From Patescibacteria group bacterium (GTDB lineage Bacteria > Patescibacteriota > Patescibacteriia > 2-01-FULL-39-33), in the NCBI GenBank assembly GCA_041649575.1, contig JBAZMW010000003.1, positions 120,001 through 152,000 of the forward strand: DNA of 32,000 nucleotides, given 5' to 3'. Position 1 is the first letter of the stretch. The number at the start of each line of letters is the position of its first letter. The translations under genes were made by a program, and so were the position numbers. Of the stretch, positions 1-10,400 are shown piece after piece. The notes below the pieces were generated by a model, which worked only from the letters and a program-made list of their open reading frames with translations, was not told where the DNA came from and ran no database searches.

Positions 1-728
1 GACTTGGCCGCCGTGACTGCTCGATTTTCGCCGCTAGCCTCACCAATGCCCATCAGAGCCGAGCCAGCATCTTCCATAATGGCTTTGACATCCGCAAAAT
101 CCACATTAATCAATCCTGGGATAGTAATCAGCTCCGAGATGCCCTGAACGCCTTGTCGCAAGACATCATCAGCCGCCTTAAAGGCGTCAAGCAAAGAGGT
201 TTTTTTATCAATAATGTGAAGAATTTTATCGTTAGGAATAGTAATGATGGTGTCGACTTTATCCTTTAACTCCTGAAAGCCTCTTTCGGCAATTTCCGAC
301 CTCTGAGCGCCTTCAAAAGAAAAGGGTTTGGTTACCACTGCCACCACTAAAGCACCCAATTCTCCGGCCACGCTGGCAATTATGGGCGAAGCGCCGGTGC
401 CAGTGCCGCCGCCCAAACCACAGGTGATAAAAACCATGTCCGCGCCCTTGAGCAAATCACGAATATCGTTGATGCTTTCCTGGGCTGACTGCAAACCGAC
501 ATCGGGGTTCATGCCGGCACCCAACCCTCTGGTGGTGGTTTGGCCGATGTGCAATTTATGTTTGGCGCTATTATGATGCAAAGCCTGGACATCGGTGTTG
601 ACAGCTATAAACTCCACGCCCTTAATTTTAGAATCGATCATGCGATTAATCGCCGATCCACCAGATCCGCCAACTCCTATGACTTTGATTTTGGCAAAAG
701 TTTCTATTTCTGGTCTTATCTCTGGCAT
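1..728 (-). CDS. ftsZ: Cell division GTPase FtsZ, N-terminal ~242 codons; the 3' end runs off the window edge
   Basis: Absent from the supplied ORF track because there is no stop inside the window. The reverse complement from ATG at 728..726 reads [31 protein letters not shown]...[21 protein letters not shown]...[13 protein letters not shown]. This includes the tubulin/FtsZ signature GGGTGTG. It lies directly downstream of ftsA in the classic ftsA-ftsZ order. Confidence 0.95.
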   Translation of the reverse strand, partial: MPEIRPEIETFAKIKVIGVGGSGGSAINRMIDSKIKGVEFIAVNTDVQALHHNSAKHKLHIGQTTTRGLGAGMNPDVGLQSAQESINDIRDLLKGADMVFITCGLGGGTGTGASPIIASVAGELGALVVAVVTKPFSFEGAQRSEIAERGFQELKDKVDTIITIPNDKILHIIDKKTSLLDAFKAADDVLRQGVQGISELITIPGLINVDFADVKAIMEDAGSALMGIGEASGENRAVTAAK

Positions 729-773
729 ATTTTTAAATTATTTGATTAAAAAAATTAATTTATTAAAACCTTC

Positions 774-2018
774 TTAAGGTAATAACGATTTAAACCATTC
801 CCTTAAGTGGCTGCTGGCTTTATCCACGCTTTTGAAAGGGAAATGCGGCAGACTAAATTTGCCACTCTTTTGTAACTGGCTACCCCAGATAACCAAGCCC
901 ACCGCTGTGGTAAAAGAAAGATCGCCAACTTTATCTAAATTAGAGATAATCCCTTGAGGATAGCCCAGCGAAGCCGGCAGCCGCAAAGCCTTTTTTGCCA
1001 ACTCCACCAAACCGTCTAATTTGGCGCCGCCGCCAGTCAAGACCACACCAGCTGGTAACATACCGGATTTACCTATTTTTTTTAGCTCTTTGTCTACCTT
1101 TTCCATAATCTCTTCAACTCGAGCCTCAATAACTTCGGCTACGTGCTTTTTGGAAAAGGCCCCCTCTTCAACCCCGCCGACATCCGAATATCTAGTCTCA
1201 TCTTGTTTGCGAAAGTTTTCTGGCAGACAGCTGCCCTCGCGAACTTTTATCCTCTCGGCTGTGTCAATAGAAATCCGCCGCTCAATGGCAATATCGCTGG
1301 TTATATATTCGGAACCGACCGGCAAAATCACCGTGTGTAAAACATCACCCTCTTCAAAAACCGCCAGGCTGGTGGTAGCACCGCCAATATTTACCACCGC
1401 CACCCCTAATTCTTTTTGACGATTGGTTAAAACGCTTTCCGAGTTGGCTAAAACCGCCAGGACCAGATCGTCGATATCTAAACCGGTGCGATAGATACAT
1501 TTGGTCAAATTTTTAATTTGAGCCGAAAGTCCTTGAATAATTTGAGCGTCAACCTCCAAACGAATTCCTGTCATGCCGATCGGATCTTTAATTCCAGTCT
1601 GCGAATCAACCGTAAAACTTCTGGGAATGACGTGTAGTATCTCATAATTTGGTGGCGTCGCCACAGCACGGGCCGCTTCTATTACCCGCTCTACGTCTTC
1701 GGGCCTTATTTCGCCATCGGTTTTAGAAACAGCCACCACTCCCTTGCTTTCCTGAGCAATAATATGGCTACCCGAAATACCCACCCAAGCATGCTCAACC
1801 GGCTGACCCACCATTCTCTCTATCCTTTCTAAAGACGAAGAAATGGAAGACACCGCATCCTCAACACTAACCACCACGCCCTTACTGATGCCTTGGGCCG
1901 GTATTTCAATAGCTCCGACTATTTTTATCTTATCGTTTTCTTTGGATTTTTGACCCACTGCTATTCTAATAGCCGTTGAGCCAATATCCAAGCCAGTTAT
2001 TAAGCTAATTTTAGGCAT
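774..2018 (-). CDS. ftsA: Cell division protein FtsA (actin-like ATPase)
   Basis: 414-aa ORF. The N-terminus LDIGSTAIRIAVG is the actin-fold phosphate-1 motif, and VVNIGGATTSLAVF and VLTGGGAKL are also present. The C-terminal amphipathic tail is LREWFKSLLP. It sits upstream of ftsZ. Confidence 0.92.
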   Translation of the reverse strand: MPKISLITGLDIGSTAIRIAVGQKSKENDKIKIVGAIEIPAQGISKGVVVSVEDAVSSISSSLERIERMVGQPVEHAWVGISGSHIIAQESKGVVAVSKTDGEIRPEDVERVIEAARAVATPPNYEILHVIPRSFTVDSQTGIKDPIGMTGIRLEVDAQIIQGLSAQIKNLTKCIYRTGLDIDDLVLAVLANSESVLTNRQKELGVAVVNIGGATTSLAVFEEGDVLHTVILPVGSEYITSDIAIERRISIDTAERIKVREGSCLPENFRKQDETRYSDVGGVEEGAFSKKHVAEVIEARVEEIMEKVDKELKKIGKSGMLPAGVVLTGGGAKLDGLVELAKKALRLPASLGYPQGIISNLDKVGDLSFTTAVGLVIWGSQLQKSGKFSLPHFPFKSVDKASSHLREWFKSLLP

Positions 2019-2051
2019 GGGTTAAATCACTAGAACTTAATTTATGAGTTT

Positions 2052-2080
2052 ATTATAATAAAAAAATGCCTTAAAAGCAA
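2052..2080 (-). promoter_or_regulatory. Candidate sigma70-type promoter for ftsA-ftsZ
   Basis: The minus strand reads TTGCTT, a 17-nt spacer, then TATAAT, about 34 nt upstream of the ftsA ATG. The context is AT-rich, so a chance match is possible. Confidence 0.35.
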
Positions 2081-2130
2081 ATTGTTAATAAATAATAAAA
2101 TGAACAAAATTTGTGTTCAATTCTATTTTC

Positions 2131-2604
2131 TTATTTTTTAATCACTCTTTTAAAAATCTTCTCTTCAAAAACAGACATCTTTTGAGCCGTGTGGGCACTC
2201 ACCCCCTCGTGTTCAAAGCTAAACAAGTGAGCTACTCCATGAATAATCAACCGAATTAACTCTTGGTTTAATGTTGTTTTAAATTCCCGAGCCTGCTTCT
2301 TGGCTTGCGAGACACAAACGACAACTTCTCCTAAATATCCTTGGTCATCGGGTGTGGTTATAAAATTCTGGCTTTGATCGGAAAAACTTAAAACGTCGGT
2401 TGTTTTATTTTGTCCACGGTAATTTCCATTCAACTGTCTTATAGTGCGTGGCCCGACAAAAGCCAAGGAAAAATATTTTTTTTTATTTAATCGTAACTCT
2501 TTAGCGAAGGCCAAGACAATCAACCTGATCTGCCTGTCTGGCAAAGAGAGCTTGACTTGTTTGTTTACTTCCGCAAATAGCATCATACAAAAACCGATTA
2601 ACAT
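2131..2604 (-). CDS. ybeY: rRNA maturation endoribonuclease YbeY (metal-dependent)
   Basis: 157-aa ORF with the zinc-binding motif HGVAHLFSFEHE (H..H.....H) near the C-terminus, plus TDVLSF. The size is typical for YbeY. The start could be a nearby downstream Met. Confidence 0.85.
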   Translation of the reverse strand: MLIGFCMMLFAEVNKQVKLSLPDRQIRLIVLAFAKELRLNKKKYFSLAFVGPRTIRQLNGNYRGQNKTTDVLSFSDQSQNFITTPDDQGYLGEVVVCVSQAKKQAREFKTTLNQELIRLIIHGVAHLFSFEHEGVSAHTAQKMSVFEEKIFKRVIKK

Positions 2605-2610
2605 GGAAGT

Positions 2611-3705
2611 CTAGCTATTAATATTCTCGGGGGTCGAAGAGGAGGTTTCGTTAGTGGTTGGTGTGGTGGCTAACGGTTTAAAACTTTTCACAATCATCTG
2701 AAAAAGCGTGGGGTAGCGGAATTCGGCGTCATCAGACATAATGTATTCAAAAGAATATATTTTGGTTCTTTCATCATCGGCTAAATAAACCTTTAATTCA
2801 TCGGGAGAAACTATCCCTTCCAAATCACCAACCTTGAGAAGCGACAGCTGGCTCAAATTGACCTGCGGATTTGCCTGGGCATACCAGTTAACGGCGGACA
2901 AACGATCTGGGTTTTCCCTGACTGACACCCTGATTATTTCTCCGGTTTTGGTGGTGATTAAAATTTGACGCGAGGCCTCTATAACATTACCTGACCAGTT
3001 TTTGGGCGCTAAAATCTGAAAATTATCCTGGGGAAAGCTGCTAGCCACCACCTGAATGAAGCTGGCGAGTGACAATTTGGCGGCACCGCCGGACTTGAGG
3101 GGATCGTAGCCGTTAACGAGCTCCGAACCATCGAGATAGCTATCCTTATCGGTATCCGGCAGACTGGGACTAGTGCCAATGGCATTTTCTTCCAAATCAG
3201 TCAAACCATCGCGATCTGAATCGCTGCTAACGGGTGGCGGGTTAAGCGAAATAGTTTCGTTGGTATTGTTATTTTTGTTGTTGGTATTTATATTATTATC
3301 AACATTGGCATTAATTTCACCATTAAGATTGGTTTCTATGTTTTCATTAGCTGCCTCATTAAGATTGCTAGTATTATTATTTTCATTACCATTGCCAAGG
3401 CCGGAGTTAAGGCTGTTGGTATTGATAATAATGTTGCTGTTGGTATTAGTATTAGTATTAACTACGGCCAGAGGCTTGGCTTGATTGCGCTGCCACAAAT
3501 CATAGAAAAAATAAGTGGCCGAAACAGCAACAACGATAATTAAAACAATAAAAACTATTACTAATTTTTTGCCGGACGATCTGTTTTGCAGCGGATGGAA
3601 TTTCTGCGGCATAACGTAGATATCCTGGCTGGGCGGTGTTGCTGACGGTGCTGGATTAGTATTAATTGACTGACTGACTGCTTTTTGTTTTTTAGAACCA
3701 AACAT
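2611..3705 (-). CDS. Single-pass membrane protein with an Asn-rich linker, thrombospondin type-3-like Ca-binding repeats and an unknown C-terminal domain
   Basis: 364-aa ORF with one hydrophobic helix (LVIVFIVLIIVVAVSATYFFY). The low-complexity run is NTNTNTNSNIIINTN...NNKNNNTN. The aspartate repeats are DSDRDGLTDLEE and DTDKDSYLDGSE, followed by ELVNGYDPLKSGGA. It is a paralog of the next gene. Confidence 0.8.
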   Translation of the reverse strand: MFGSKKQKAVSQSINTNPAPSATPPSQDIYVMPQKFHPLQNRSSGKKLVIVFIVLIIVVAVSATYFFYDLWQRNQAKPLAVVNTNTNTNSNIIINTNSLNSGLGNGNENNNTSNLNEAANENIETNLNGEINANVDNNINTNNKNNNTNETISLNPPPVSSDSDRDGLTDLEENAIGTSPSLPDTDKDSYLDGSELVNGYDPLKSGGAAKLSLASFIQVVASSFPQDNFQILAPKNWSGNVIEASRQILITTKTGEIIRVSVRENPDRLSAVNWYAQANPQVNLSQLSLLKVGDLEGIVSPDELKVYLADDERTKIYSFEYIMSDDAEFRYPTLFQMIVKSFKPLATTPTTNETSSSTPENINS

Positions 3706-3734
3706 AGAAAAGTTAATAATAATTAATCATTTAA

Positions 3735-4481
3735 CTATTGGGGAACCTGAAAGAGGCGGGCGCCGCCGGTCTTTAGAGGGTCGTAACCGTTAATCACTTC
3801 CGAACCATCACTAAAGCCGTCTCCATCGGTGTCTTTATTTAAGGGGTCGGTTTTATAAATACTGACTTCGGCCCGATCAATCAGACCATCGCTGTCGGTA
3901 TCAATTTTATTGGGGTCGGTGCCTAATTGTTTTTCCTCATCATCGGACAAACCGTCACCATCACTGTCTTGAGGCGGAAGTGGGGCGTTAGTGTTAACAG
4001 CCGAACCATTGACGTTGGAGTTGGCATTGGTGTTGGAGGGGGCTGAAGCACTATTGGTATTAACGGTTGCGTTGACGCTGGAACTGGGGTTAGCATTCTG
4101 ATTACTGACAGGCAAGTTGTTTTTCAGAAAGCCTAAACTTGGCTTGAAAAAAACTAAAGATAAAAAAACGCCGATACCAATTACAACTAGTATTAAAATC
4201 ACCAACAAAAAAATAAATAATTTGTTACTCCAGATCGAGCGGCCGCCATAAATGTCTCCCAGCTGGCTTTCTTTTATGGGCAACCGGCTCACCTGCCCTG
4301 GCTGAATCGGCCTGGTGACAATCGGCCTGGTAACTGGCTCACTTTTACTGAAAATGTCATCGACCAAAGAGTCGCCGGGCGGGACTGGCCGATTGGCCGC
4401 AGCTGGCCGCGGCGGCAAAGTCGGCGACAGATTTTCGGAAGCACCAGAGCTTCTGGGCGTTTGCGGTGGCTGATCAAACAT
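3735..4481 (-). CDS. Single-pass membrane protein with a Pro-rich N-terminus, Asn-rich linker and three thrombospondin type-3-like Ca-binding repeats
   Basis: 248-aa ORF with TM helix LFIFLLVILILVVIGIGVFLSLVFF. The repeats are DSDGDGLSDDEE, DTDSDGLIDRAE and DTDGDGFSDGSE, followed by EVINGYDPLKTGGA. This matches the motif in the 364-aa neighbour. Confidence 0.8.
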   Translation of the reverse strand: MFDQPPQTPRSSGASENLSPTLPPRPAAANRPVPPGDSLVDDIFSKSEPVTRPIVTRPIQPGQVSRLPIKESQLGDIYGGRSIWSNKLFIFLLVILILVVIGIGVFLSLVFFKPSLGFLKNNLPVSNQNANPSSSVNATVNTNSASAPSNTNANSNVNGSAVNTNAPLPPQDSDGDGLSDDEEKQLGTDPNKIDTDSDGLIDRAEVSIYKTDPLNKDTDGDGFSDGSEVINGYDPLKTGGARLFQVPQ

Positions 4482-4491
4482 AAATTAAAAT

Positions 4492-7400
4492 TTAATGACA
4501 AAAATCGGCTGTATTTAATCCGCCAAAAATATTGGCGTTATCGGTATTTTTATTTATTAACTCTACACTAGACCAAGCGGGAAGCCATTTTGTGCCATCT
4601 TTATTATATTCTCCGTTGGCAAAGATATTTTTCTTCTTGCCGATTAATCCATCGATCGGATCTTTCAGGACATAATAACTATAAACATAGGCGTCGGTTG
4701 GGCACTGCATTTTTTTGTTTATTTTGTCCCAACAAGTGGCTGGATCATAATCACCGGCACAGCCCTCTAGTTTGTTAAGCGGATCGGCCGGCAGAGCTTT
4801 GCCTAGAGCATTGGCCAGAGTGGCCTGCCAAGAAGGCCAAACGCTATAAGTACGATTAACCACATAAGTACCGGAAAGTAAAGGCGGGTAGTAATTGCCG
4901 CAACTAGCTCCGCCATAGCAACTAAAACTATTATAACATAATTTTTGATGATCGTTGGCGCAACGTTTCTGATTATAATAATTATCGAGTAATAAATTAA
5001 ATTCTTGGATATCGCTAATCCGTTTGGCGTCACGAGTTAGTTTGGCCTTATCCGACGAGCAATAACCAAAACCGCCCTTGGAACACTGGTTATCGACTAA
5101 GCATTTTTTACTATTATCCTTACTGCAGGAACCAAACCTATCCTGCAAACCACCATTAATATCGGCTGTCACGCCAGCGTTGAGCTGAAAATTATTAACC
5201 AGCTGTTTATAAATCTCTTTGGTATCGCCACTGGCGTCTTGGCTATAAGAAACTAAGTAAATACTGGTGTAAATATTATTGGCATTATTGTCTAAATCAG
5301 CGCCAGCGACATAAGTGGTTCTGCCCTCACTAACAGCCTGATAACCGTCAACCGTTAAGCTCTTGGGCTGCCCTTGTTTTTTGGGATCAAAGGTCTGTTG
5401 ATACCAGACTAAGGGAGAATAATGATTGGGGTTCTTGATTACTCTTAAACCGATGGCGTCGCTGGCATCTTCAAAAGAATAATAAGAAATTAATCCGTCG
5501 TCGTCGGTTTGTGGCTCGGCTTTGTTATAAATTTTTACCTCGTCGATATAGCCTTGCCACATACCCTGATCGGCAGTGTCAGCCCGATGACCAATCCTAA
5601 AAGGAACACCGGCCTGGTAAGCGACGCCAGAGATGATGTTGTTTTCTTCTTTGGCTACCTGAATGCCGTTAATAAAAATTTTTAGATATTTTCCGGGCTT
5701 AAAAGCAGCCGTGATTTTCACCCATTTATTGCCGTAATCCCTAAAAAAATTATCGTATTTAACCAACGAGGTATTGCCGCTAGCGTCGAAAACAATGAAA
5801 TCAAGACTGTCTTCTTGGCCAATGGCCTTACCCAGCAGCCAGCCGCGCTCAAGCCTGGGATTTGAATTCCAATAATAGTTGCCAGCTATAACCCTGCCGG
5901 CACCCAATGAGGCTTCACTTAAATTAACTAAAGCGCTAACCGTTAATTCGCCAGTGATGGCGTTAAAAGGGTTGGTCGGATTGCCGCTCGCATCTATGGC
6001 TGTCAAATAATCGGCAGTGCGACCCAAAAATTTAGCCGCCCGGCCTTGTTCGCCGGTAACCAATTCGACACTGCCCAGTATTGCCAAATTATTAAAACCG
6101 ACCCGATCCTTGACTTGCAGAGGATTGTCCTTGTTGGTCAATAAAAATTCTTTGATGATGTCTTCCCGTCCAGAAATCGCTACTCGATTAAGAGAGGGTA
6201 AATCATCAACCAGTGCGGCTTCGCCTCGGTCACGGCAATAGTAGGTTTCGAAATTAGTAATGGGAGTGGCGGCGGGAATGCTGGCACTGCCTATAAAATC
6301 ACGAAAAGGGAAATCGCCGATTTGGGGCCAGGGGTTGTCGCAAATAAAGACACGTTCGAAAACACTGGTCGCCGCCGAGCCGGCGCCGGAAACAACTCCG
6401 CTGGCCGTCACTCTAACAGCAGTGCTGCCATTAACGGTATTATTACCATAAGCAGTGACAAAAACGCTTTGAAAACCCTCTACCGTTTGATTCCAATCAG
6501 CTATTTGGGGAGAAGAACTATTATCAACAGCCAAAAGTCTCGGACCGACTATTTCCCACTTATAATTAGCGTTTAAAATGTGATTGCCGGTAACATCGGC
6601 TGCCTTGGCCCAATAAAAATGTTGGTTACCAACCAAGTTAGCGGCTTGATACTGGGCTGGATAATTCGTGTTCCAGTTGGCAGAAACATCGTCGTCTAGT
6701 AGATCTTCCGATGTATTTTTGCCACAATCATCGCCTTTACAGAAAAAAGTGTCATCGGTAACAGGGCCCTTAAATTCTACGGGCGGCTGGGCATAAACAA
6801 AAACTTTTTCAACTCGGCAATATTCCTGATTCAAAGTATGAAAAGTAAACAACTTGTCACCACTCATAGACACGCCCCACTGGCTTAAGACGCCCCGACG
6901 GCTTCCGTCTCCAGTATCACCATCGCCATTAACCCAAACCACGTAATCTTTATTTTTATCAAGCAGTCTTTGTGGGGTAATCAAAAGATGGGTGGCGCCA
7001 CCAAGATTAACAGCGCTGGCTTTTATGGGAATGAGATCGGTGGGATTGGCTTGCGCCGGAAGTCCCTGGCCGAACAGTTTGGCTAAAACATTTCCCGCCT
7101 TGAGAAGAAAACGAGCCAAAAAATTATTTTTACCAAGACCAAAAATGTTCAAGCCGCTAGGCACAGGGCTTTCATATAAACGGACATTGAGATTGTTCCA
7201 CTCCCCGGAAAGCGTTGACATGGTGGTGGTGGTTAGACTTTCCATGTCCATATTAATATTACTACCATCGGCAGCGGTAAATTTAATGTCTATAACCTCG
7301 TTGGGGCAAATATTGGTTGGGCTAATGGGGGTTGCTATAGGTCGCCAGTGACAGCAACAATCCTTGCCAACGCCCTTATTATTTATATCGGAACAAACAT

Positions 7401-10400
7401 TGTCTAAATCGCGCTCGCCGCCGGTATTACAAAAAGAGCACTGCACTTCAAGTTCACCACAATCACCCGTATCACCACAAGATTTTCCCCCGCTAATTTT
7501 GGCCGTGATATATTGAATTAAACCATCGGTAATGCTGTCTAGGGCTTTATAATTGGCTCCCCAAGCCAAGGGATGACCGCCGGCGGCGCAGGTTAAATTG
7601 TTACGAACAGCATCTGGCGGCAAATATTTATCAATACTATAATAAGTTCCTAGCGGCCGATTCCAGGTTCCCCAGCTCCAATTGTAGCAGATGGGGCTCA
7701 AGAGCTGACCCTCTTTGTTACAGGCGCTGGAGGCGGAGTAAGGATTAGCCCAATGAGCTTGCGGTAAAACGCCAACACTATTGATGATTAACTTTTGGGG
7801 GAGCACCTGGACTCTGCCAACCTCGCAAGGCTTGTCTAGGGTTTTAAATCGCCAAGAGTAGCTATCGGGTTGGCCGGTTTCAACTTTACCATTACCACAG
7901 ACAGCGCCGGAAGCAGAGCCGGTGCGCAAACAAGTTGGACCACAGCCATCGCCACCGGTTGTATTGCCATCATCGCAGCTCTCGCCGCTTTCTATTTTGC
8001 CGTTACCACAAATTGGGGCGTTGGGTCTAGAGCCGGCCGGCCGGCCGCTTTCTGGCAAACACTTGGAGTCACATCCGTCTCCAGAACTGGTATTGCCGTC
8101 GTCACAACCCTCGCCGGTTTCTATTTTTTTATTGCCACAAAGTGAGCCATATTTTTGATTAGCGCCTTCTAGTTTACAGTCAACGCCACAGCCATCGTCA
8201 CCGGTTGTATTGCCATCATCGCATTCTTCTATTCCTGCTTTAACCAAGCCATCGCCGCAGGAAGCGGTATTATTATTGCCAAGATTATGGCAAGTGGTAT
8301 CACAATAATCAACGGCGTTATTACTGTCGGTATCGGAACATTGTTTAAATCTGCCGCCGGAGATGTTGCATAAATCACTGGCTGGGTTCAAAAGACAATT
8401 ATCAGTACAAACTCCTGAAACCGTATTCCAGGGGTAAGCATTTTTATCACAGTCTTCGCCTCTACCGCCAGTGACGTAATTTAGAGAAGCTAGTTGCTTG
8501 CCGTTCCAAGCTATGACGCCGTCTGCACCGCCCTTCACCACCACCCGATAAGTACTGGTCGAATCAAGAAGGTCTCCGCCCGATCTGGTTAATCTGATGT
8601 TTTTAGTATAACGTTGACTGCCGGCGGTCGGTTCGGTGATTGTTAAACTTTGTTCTCCCCCGACCGCTCCCTCCTTAAATAGAATGATATCGTCATTAGC
8701 CAAGAAAGTGTTCATGTCCACATCAAGACTAAAATCCAAACCAACAACACTATTAGTACAAATGCCTTCAGAAATATAATTAGGATTAACTCCACTATTA
8801 TCGCAAGAAGGGTATCTACTGGTGATTCTTAAATTTTCAAAACCGATGAACAACTGCCCGAAACCCCACCTATCGCCGCAATTACTATCATTCCAAGAGC
8901 AGTCCTGATCGCGAGTATTTTTGGCTCTAGCCTTAATGTTGGTGTCTCCTTCGGTTTTGGCGAAAACCTTAGTCGTATTAACGGCGGGGTCGGCATAGCC
9001 ATCACAACTGGTGGCGTCTTTATTGCAAATACCGGCTACCGCAATACCGGTGCCGCCAGTGCTGTTGGTTTCTTGAGAATCGTCAGCCAGCTTGATAAGC
9101 GAACGCCAATTCCAAACGTAAGAAGCCGGATTTAAAATGTTACAATTGGCTGCTTGGGGCCAAGCCTTGTAAATTTGCGTGTCGTCGGTAAGGGGCATAA
9201 ACTTTAGATGCGGATTAACGCTGACACTATTTATTTTGCCTAATTGATTGCCGGTTTTAAAAATCCAATAATAATCATCTTGACCGTCGCCAGCCGTTTG
9301 ACCCGAAGGGATATAATCCCAACCGGTCCTTACCTCTTCATTGAAACTGTTGTCAGTCATTAATATCCCTTCACTAAGGCCACTAGCCGCTTCTCCTCGA
9401 ACACCATTTTCGCCACCTAAAATAATTATCCGATACCAAGTAAACGCGTCAAAATTACTACTGGGCGTTATTACCACGCCTTCTGGCAAACCGTGCTCGT
9501 TTAACAGGTTTAGGCGATTAATTATTTCTTCACGAGTCAGACCGCTGGCATCTATTTCCGGGCTGTAAGAAAAAATATCTATGCTTGATAAATTAACTTC
9601 TTCATCGCAACCAGAAACGTTGAATTCTGTTTCCGAACCGCATTTTTGCAAAATAAAACTACCGGCAACAAGCGAACCATTAAACATGTTTTTACTAAAA
9701 CGAACGCCTAGCATCGCATTTATATAAGCGTCGCGAGAATTAGGCCAAGGCGTGGGGCTTTGGATGTTGCCGCTACTGCAATTATCATCCTCCACAATAT
9801 AAGGATTGGTAAAATCGATGTGGGCTTCACAATAATCATTCTTGCCCGCGCTATTTAAAGAGGCGATCACTTTGGTAAACTTGGGATTATCGTGCATGGT
9901 TTCATTAAGAGCGAGGCCTTTTTCTTCAGCCCCGACCCTATCGTCTAACTGGACCCGGTTGCTGGTGTCTGTACTCCAGGACCAGGAATAACTATTAGGA
10001 TTTAGAATCAGGCAGGCGTTGTCAGCGCTGTCCAAATTAGCGCTGTAATTTGTCTCGGCCGCTGGCCAATACATCCAAGAAGGATCGGGCGAGCATTCCA
10101 CACAACCTTCCGGGCAAATTTTATCAGAATCGTCATCGGCCCTGGTTTCAAAATTCCAACAATAAGCCGCATTATTGGTATTGCCACCGCCATAATTAAC
10201 TTTGCAAAAACGGTCTTCTGCCCTGGCCGAAGCTGCCGTCTCATCCTTTATAACCTTTCCCGCTTCGCTGGAAATACCTTGTAACAAAACAACCTTATAC
10301 CAGGAACCGGGATCGAGATTGGTAGTCGGAGTAAAAACAAAATAATCTTTATTGCGGTCATTGTTGTCAGTCTTTACCTTTAAAGCGCCGCTGGTAACCC

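Noticed and set aside
328-777. Plus-strand ORFs 328..576, 540..749 and 595..777
   Set aside because: They are antisense shadows of the clearly conserved ftsZ reading frame on the minus strand.
4289-4501. A 70-aa minus-strand ORF bridging the 248-aa gene and the giant gene
   Set aside because: It is an out-of-frame overlap with the Pro-rich N-terminus of the 248-aa protein. Its Arg/Pro-rich translation is typical of an alternate frame of a GC-rich coding stretch.
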